64,000 nucleotides of DNA. Source: Octopus vulgaris. Lineage: Eukaryota. The translations under genes were made by a program, and so were the position numbers. The stretch lies in contig OX597830.1 of the NCBI GenBank assembly GCA_951406725.2, positions 13,826,001 to 13,890,000 on the forward strand, written 5' to 3'. Shown here one piece after another: positions 57,263 to 64,000 of this stretch; the stretch's first letter is position 1, and each line of letters opens with the position of its first letter. The notes beneath the pieces are model-generated. The model saw nothing but the letters and a program-made list of their open reading frames with translations. It made no database searches and was not told the origin of the DNA.

Positions 57263-57337
57263 GGGCATATGGCGTAGTGGTTAAGAACGCGGGCTACTAA
57301 CCCCAAGATACTGAGTTCGATTCCAGGCAGTGACCTG
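57263..57337 (+). other. tRNA-like sequence with Pol III A/B boxes inside the PLE terminal repeat
   Basis: TGGCGTAGTGGTTAAG (A box), GGGCT-ACT-AACCC anticodon-like arm, GAGTTCGATTCC (B box); poor acceptor stem; inverted, T-arm-deleted copy at 56743-56808. Confidence 0.7.
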
Positions 57338-57441
57338 AATGATGATGATAATGATGATGATAATGATGATGATAATGGGATCGAGCACACGCAGTTCTTA
57401 GTCATATTCTTCTGCTGATAATAATGATGATAATGATGATG

Positions 57442-57472
<31 letters not shown>

Positions 57473-58499
57473 CGAGTAAAACCACCAATAGAAGAGATAA
57501 CCACTAAGCCACGCTCCTTCACTAAATATCTGGAATAAAAGTAAACATCGACTTAAGCATAAATACACTGATAAGTATTACCAGTTGTATTTCTTTAATT
57601 CAGATTTCTTTTATGTTTCGACTTTTTGGCAAGATCCAGTTCATGAACCAGAGAAAGTATGAGTTTGTTCGTTCCGTAAGTAAGGTACCTAATTCTGAAC
57701 TCAGAAAACTGTATAAAATGCTTCCGAAATGAGAACAAACAAGTAAAAAGTGCCTAAATAACGTTAGATTAAAAGATTTCGGAAAATAAAGAGTATTAAA
57801 GATTTCTTGCAATGATCGACTGAAGGTGATTCTACAAAATAGTACATTCCGTAAGACTGTTGGAAAACGACATTAAAAACGCCATGAAAGAACTTAACGA
57901 AGAATGTTTGCTTCCATATCAGAAAATATACAACTTTGAAAAAAATAAAGATTATTGAAAAATACATAAAGTACTGTTTGAAAGTTATTTAAAGAATATT
58001 GTAAACAATTTCGAAATTTATTATTTCTTGATAAATTTTTATCTAAATTCTTAATTCAAGTTACATTTAACTTAATTTTATTTATGGCTGTAATAATATT
58101 TATTATAATAATATTTGTGGCGACTGAACTTCGTGTAGGATATTGCTCGTTTGAACAGCATCGAATAATATATTTTCCTGATCAATCAATGAATATTGAA
58201 ATGTTCGAGTTAAGTATTCTCCTTGTTTCAGTATTTGTATTCAGACTCCTTTTCTGCTTGTTTACCACTTTTCTCCATAAATTAATAGTATTTATCTATG
58301 TAGAGTAAAATATAAAACAAAACAAACAAGAGAAAACATAACAAGAAAGAACAAAAAAGAAAACGACAATAGATGCAATTCATTAATTTTTCTGTGTGTA
58401 TTTAAATCAGAAGTTTAATCAGTCAGACTAGAGAAAAACTGCAGTATTTTCCATACCCAGTTACTACTCGAAACACTAAATCGTTTTGTCATCTTTTTC

Positions 58500-59111
58500 T
58501 TGATTCAATCATTACATTGCAGCCAAGCTAGGGCAATGCGTTGAAGAATTTTAGTCGAACGAATCGACCCCAGAACTTATTTTTTGTAGAGCCTGATAAT
58601 CATTCTGTCGGTATTATTTGCCGAACGGCTAAGTTACCGAGACGTAACCAAACCAACAACTGTTGTTGACAAACACACACACTCACACACACACACACAC
58701 ACACACACATACGCAACGGGCTTCTTTCAATTTCCATCTATCAAATCCACTCATAAAGCTTTGTTCAGGCCGAGGCTATAGGTCTTGGGCAAGACACTTG
58801 CTTAATGAGCCATGCAGTGGGATTGAACCCGAGACCGTGTCATTGGGAAATAAACATCTTATTACACAACTACGCCTGCACCAGTATTGGCAAATATTAA
58901 TCCTTTCTGCTCTAGGCATAAGGCCTGAAATTTTGAGGGAGGGGGCCAGCCGATTTGATCCCCAATACGGAACTGGTACTTAATTTATCTACCCGGAAAG
59001 GATGGAAAGCAAAGTCGACCGCGGCGAAATTTGAACTCAGAACATAGCGCCGGGCGAAATACCGCCAAGAACTTCGTCTGGCGTGCTAACATTTCTACCA
59101 GCTCACCACCT
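58500..59111 (-). mobile_element. SINE family B (58500-58880) and SINE family A (58900-59111), diverged
   Basis: Reverse complements of the family motifs. Confidence 0.8.
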
Positions 59112-59502
59112 TTTTGGCAAATATTAATGAAAGCTTCAAAAATCTAAGCGTCTAAAATTATTTCATTTCTTCAAAAGCTTGTAAGGTATTTTATCTCTTG
59201 TATTATATTCCTCTACAACCCTCTACATAAATATACTGGATGTAGTCGAACAAATTTTGTATTGTTATTTATGAAGTATAGTTTTCCGAAGAGTCAATAT
59301 TCCCTCTTTTTCCCCGCTAATGTCATTTATGAATTACATATATGATGCATGATTGTGTATTAAGATGTTTTATTTAAGAGGAAATTTACGAACAGATTAA
59401 AAGATTACTCTCTCACCACGATTTCAGAAATTTCAAATGGTATATTTCAATAAGTATATAGTAATATCTATTTAAAAAATCACTATCCCCTTTAATATCC
59501 CC

Positions 59503-59750
59503 TATCTACGACGATTTCATCTCAATCGAATGAGAGGGGCTTTCTCTGTCCGGGTTGCGGATCCGTGAATTAAGCTGCCGGACGAGACAGTGAAGATACC
59601 GACGACCGCTCGGTTCAAAGTCTCTCTTGACCAGAAATGGCCTGGACTCTTTGTATGACCACCCTCCCTGTACATAACTCCATGTCCTCCTACATGGCCT
59701 TGCTTTTGCTTTTTGAGCCAAAAAATTAAATTAAATTAAATTAAATTAAA
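59503..59750 (+). mobile_element. CR1-type LINE 3' end with (AATTA)n tail
   Basis: Plus strand LRRFHLNRMRGAFSVRVADP*IKLPDETVKIPTTARFKVSLDQKWPGLFV* matches the CR1 FS.RV...WN.LP...FK..LD motif; short UTR, then pentamer tail. Confidence 0.8.
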
Positions 59751-60258
59751 ATATCTTGAACAGTACAATAGTATATTTGTGAAAGGAAAGGTTGAAAGAT
59801 GCAACTAGTGAATGCTCATGATTAAGAAATTCTGAAGTAATTAGGAAATGTGTTACTACAAGTTGATAATGGCAATAAATACACATGAAAAAAAGAACAT
59901 TCTTATTATGACTGTGCTACTACATATCGACTGAATTTTAAACTTAATGACTACGGAGAAAATAAAGGAGAACTTATAAATAGTTCTTGGAAAATGAAGG
60001 AAATTGCTGATAGAATAATGTAAAAAGGCATAAAAACTTGAGAAGAAGATGCTCGAATATAATAATAAAATAAAAATATATTTCTGCAATATAAAGTAGA
60101 ATTACCGACATTTAGAAAATGTTGAGAGAAATAAAATATTACATGTATCAGGGTAAAACTAAACAAGTAGAATATTAGAAAAAAAACATCTTTCTGTGTT
60201 TATCTTTCTTTAGTGTATATCTTGATTTATCTTTGCGTAAACATACACACTTACTGAC

Positions 60259-60297
60259 GCACACACACACACACACACACACAGATACATACATATA

Positions 60298-60340
<43 letters not shown>

Positions 60341-60540
60341 ATCCTGGATATACATCCGGAAATCACATGTTTATTTTATATATATATATATATACATATA
60401 TTATTATTGTTCTATATATATACAAATACATATATACATACACATAAATATACATAACTATATAAATACATACACACAATCATACACACACACACACACA
60501 TATATATATATAAATATGATTCTTCCATTACATCTATCTG

Positions 60541-60623
<83 letters not shown>

Positions 60624-60720
60624 TATATGCACAAGAATACACATACACGTATATACATATATACATAAATTCAAGCTTATATATGTATATGCGTGTGTGA
60701 GTGTGAGTGTGTGTGTGTAA
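60259..60720. repeat. (CA)n/(TA)n microsatellite cluster
   Basis: Direct reading. Confidence 0.9.
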
Positions 60721-61430
60721 AAACACGCACATATACATACGTGTATGTATACGTGCGTGTAATTGAAAAAATTTACCGACCGACTATTTGAAAAAGGAAG
60801 ATCAATATGTAATGCCAAAGAAAAGGAACGGGGGAAAATGAGGGGAAGATAAAAATAATGGTGAGAACAATGATGGTGCAGCTAGAATAAATGTACAACT
60901 AAAGACGTATTGCCGAAACAGTTGAAAGAAATGAGAAATCGGGAAAGTATATGAAATAATAAAACATAATGTAAAAAATGGCGAATGGTATCTGTAAGGT
61001 AAACAATAGCTTCTTGAATAGAAATCATGCTTGTCGAAGCAATGGAGAAAAATAAAGTGTGTATGTTTGAACAATTTAGCAAGGATATACACAATTGAAA
61101 AGGAAATTTCTTTGCGTATGTAATCGTCTTGGATTATATATTATCAGCTTTTAAATGTTACATTTAGCTGACTCACCTGATTTAACTTGCTAACGAAGGT
61201 ATACAGACTGCTTGTGTCGCTAGAGCAAGCTTCATCGGCCTTTGCGTAAGGTCTCGAACAATAAGTGCGTATGTATGTGGTTGTGTGTGTGTGTGTGGTT
61301 TTGTGTGTATGTGTGGTGTTGTGTGTGTGTGTGTCTGTCTGTGGGTGTTTGTATATCTGCGTGTATGTGTGTATAGAGATCGCTAGCAACTACACATTCT
61401 TTATTTACTCCCCTTGTCTCTTTTTATGTT

Positions 61431-61468
61431 CCTTTCTGTGGAAGAGCGTAGGTTCGAAAAGTTAAAGG
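61431..61468 (+). ncRNA. Minimal hammerhead-like fold (core CUGUGGA) within a repeat (61395-61557)
   Basis: CCUUU CUGUGGA A GAGC GUAG GUUC GAAA AGUU AAAGG; same family as 6600-6767 and 10940-11100; ends at (TA)n. Confidence 0.55.
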
Positions 61469-61614
61469 CTACTTCACTTCCCGGGTGCTAAACTAATATA
61501 TCTCTTTGTTGTCTACACCACCTGTCTTCGTCTTTTGCTTTTTTGTGAATTATTCCTATATATATATATTCTCCCTATATAAATATATATTCTCCTACAC
61601 CTACACACACACAG

Positions 61615-61645
<31 letters not shown>

Positions 61646-62804
61646 AGTGTATCTGTGTAAAACTTCAAAATTTTGATAAGATAATAGGACATAGAATTAT
61701 AACAAAATTAACAGACTAAAAAAATTATATATATATATAAATATATGCATACATAGATACATTCAGACACACACAAATGCACACATAGATACACATACAT
61801 GTACACATATATGCATGCGCACACTCACATACACGCAAATGGATCTATGTATGTGTGTACGTGTGTGTCCCCGTGTCTGTATTTGGTTGCACCGATATAT
61901 ATATATCGTTTGTTTCTCTCTATGTAACCCGACTCAATAAAATGGCAATTATCGGTAAAATAAATAACATTCTTAAGTACTGGTTTTAATATTGTCAACT
62001 AAAATCATCTAGGCTGCAATCGAAAGTGGAAAAAGAGAGAAACAAAAGATTAACAGGGAAAGAAGTTGTGCGACAAATGATAGAAAATAAATTGCGACTG
62101 TTAGTCAATTTTGGTCATATTCATTAGCTTATATTTAAAACTAAGTGACGTTAGATGGATATAAATTGGACGAAGGTAAATGAAATCGTAAATTGTGGAT
62201 GTTATTTGAAAGCAAATGATCTTTATTGATGTGGAGGAAAATTCAACACTCAGAGTAGAGCCAAAATTTTTACGCAATTCGTGTTGTCTAGGACTTTATT
62301 ATAAACTGATTATAGGGGATTCACTTCACGAAATCAGTTGTAATCTAACCTCTTTTTCAAAATTGTGTCCAGCCTGAATTATAAAGGCAAAAATATTTGA
62401 GTCTAAAATATTGAGCATCTATTGAGTATCTATAATATAAGTAGGTATTGTCCCATAAATTATAGAAAACAAGGCGTCTCAAATTGTATGAGGTACGTCT
62501 TCGTGTACATGAATATCTGTATAATCTTTTATGGAATATAAAGTTATGTTAAAATAGTTGAAAAGTTTTAAAAACTGATCTGAAAGTAAATTCTAAAAAC
62601 AGTCAATAACAGTGACATAACGAAACATGTGACTTACTTTAATAATTATATGATTATACAAACGGATCCTGCAAACAACTTTTTGCTATCACACTTGCAA
62701 TTATTTTGGCAAATAGAAATAATGAATTGATATGTTTTTAATTAACGGCTGCTACATAGGACCTAGTCCAGAGTTTCGTTACTGTGTATAAAGTTCTTGT
62801 TTCC

Positions 62805-63370
62805 TGCTCTTGCTTGATAGGGCGAGGTCATCCCAGGTTAGTGGTCTCAGAGGCGTCAGCATGCGTAGAACCGACAAAGTCCATCAGCGTTCCCCATCGC
62901 TCTTGGTCCAGTGCCAGCCTCTCTACATCCTTCAAGATGACGGATCTTCTTTAATCCATGCGGATCTTCTTTAATCTCGTTCAACCAGCTGATGCGAAGC
63001 CTGCGTCAAACGAGTGCAAGACCCTGGCAGGGTGAATTGGCGTGAGGCAGAGAGCATGTCCATACGAGCGCATGCGACGGATAGCTATTAGATGGGAAAT
63101 TACGAGTTAATATGTACGCGCACGAATTTCTTTGTTTGAAACGTGATGGTGCTGTCTCATGTTCTCGATGGTTCTCTTGGCTCTCCAATCGAAGCCGTCG
63201 ATCCTCTTTGCCACGGTCTTCCTAAGGGGCCACATTTCTGCTCCATAGGAGAGGATCGATGAGTTGTCGATATGGAGCTTCGTCTTCCGAGAAATAGAAC
63301 AGTGGCGCCAAAGGAGCTTCCATATGGGGTGCCTGACTCTGGCGGCCAGGCCATAGGCGGAATAAACCCG
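62805..63370 (-). mobile_element. RTE-type LINE 3' fragment, decayed
   Basis: Minus strand KLLWRHCSISRKTKLHI.NSSILSYGAEMWPL is a typical RTE post-RT motif; CAAG-like tail near 62810. Confidence 0.75.
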
Positions 63371-64000
63371 TCTAGATATTGCAAATTTATAGGAAGTTAT
63401 CGAGAAAGGTAGAATAGTCTAGCTATGATATATTTTATTAGTTAGAAAGGGGTGGAAGTGTATAAGAGAGATTTGTGAATGCCAAAGAGGGGCATCAACG
63501 TCTTATTACTTTAAAAATGCCAACTCCTATTTATGATCTACTTTCTATGCTGTGAAATACTCCTATGTCAGGTGGAAATGTCTCGCGTACATTGAAATGG
63601 TGGCTACTTCACAAGTCAAAGAGTGTTACTATCGCTAATGTTTATGCGAAAGCATTTCCTTACATCATGATTCTTAAGAAGAAAGAAAGTGATTGACTAA
63701 AACCTGCAGCGCATGCTTACATTTGATGCTAAGTAGCAAAGAACTGAAAACCAAACTAGATATTAATCGAAATATTGTTTCTTAAATCATAAGATAATCC
63801 CGCTCAGGTGCCAGGCTTCAATATGATTTTCAATGGATTGATCAATAACAGAGCGTAAGGAAGTTTAACCATTTGCTTGATCAGTGTACTACTTGATACT
63901 CAGGACATATGGTTATAACTCACTGGAGTTTATGCATCACATATGATATATATACATTGGTTTTAGCTACCAGAGTGACTTGGGACTAATGAAATGAAAG

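Larger units (their letters stand above)
56493..57510 (-). mobile_element. Penelope-like element 3' fragment: C-terminal GIY-YIG endonuclease, pLTR and inverted partial pLTR
   Basis: 57195-56833 translates (with frameshifts) as MTKNCVCSIPCSCGRLYKGET..PLKITVEEHR...KSGLADHVWKNGDHLPLWDEVKIIDREQHWK.RKPKEAAHM...SSIW...LDL*; downstream hammerhead; inverted copy of 56743-56872 at 57196-57340. Confidence 0.85.

Noticed and set aside
57263-57337. Functional tRNA gene (anticodon ACT)
   Set aside because: Acceptor and T stems pair poorly, there is no oligo-T terminator, and it is embedded in a retroelement repeat; kept only as tRNA-like.
61204-61245. Additional hammerhead on the minus strand (CCGAUGA...GACA)
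   Set aside because: Both core segments are mutated and there is no convincing stem I.

Overview
AT-rich eukaryotic non-coding DNA saturated with microsatellites and transposon debris. The SINE families and (TA)n/(CA)n/(ATCT)n/(AAT)n density look like a coleoid cephalopod, probably Octopus (inference from recalled repeat families, not from a search). I cannot support any host protein-coding gene, rRNA or functional tRNA; most ORFs in the track are microsatellite or SINE translations. Recognisable content: three or four tRNA-headed SINE families, decayed LINEs (RTE, Tx1/L1, CR1/Jockey-like, and one R4/Dong element split by nested SINEs), two mariner remnants, MITEs with readable TIRs and TSDs (Merlin-like, mariner-like, hAT-Charlie-like), a fold-back element with ~260-bp arms, and a Penelope-like element (PLE) fragment. 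The most notable signal is seven short type-I hammerhead-ribozyme folds (plus one weaker remnant), mostly in small elements docked on (TA)n tracts. Three share a non-canonical CUGUNGA core, and one lies in a PLE terminal repeat that also carries a tRNA-like Pol III promoter.
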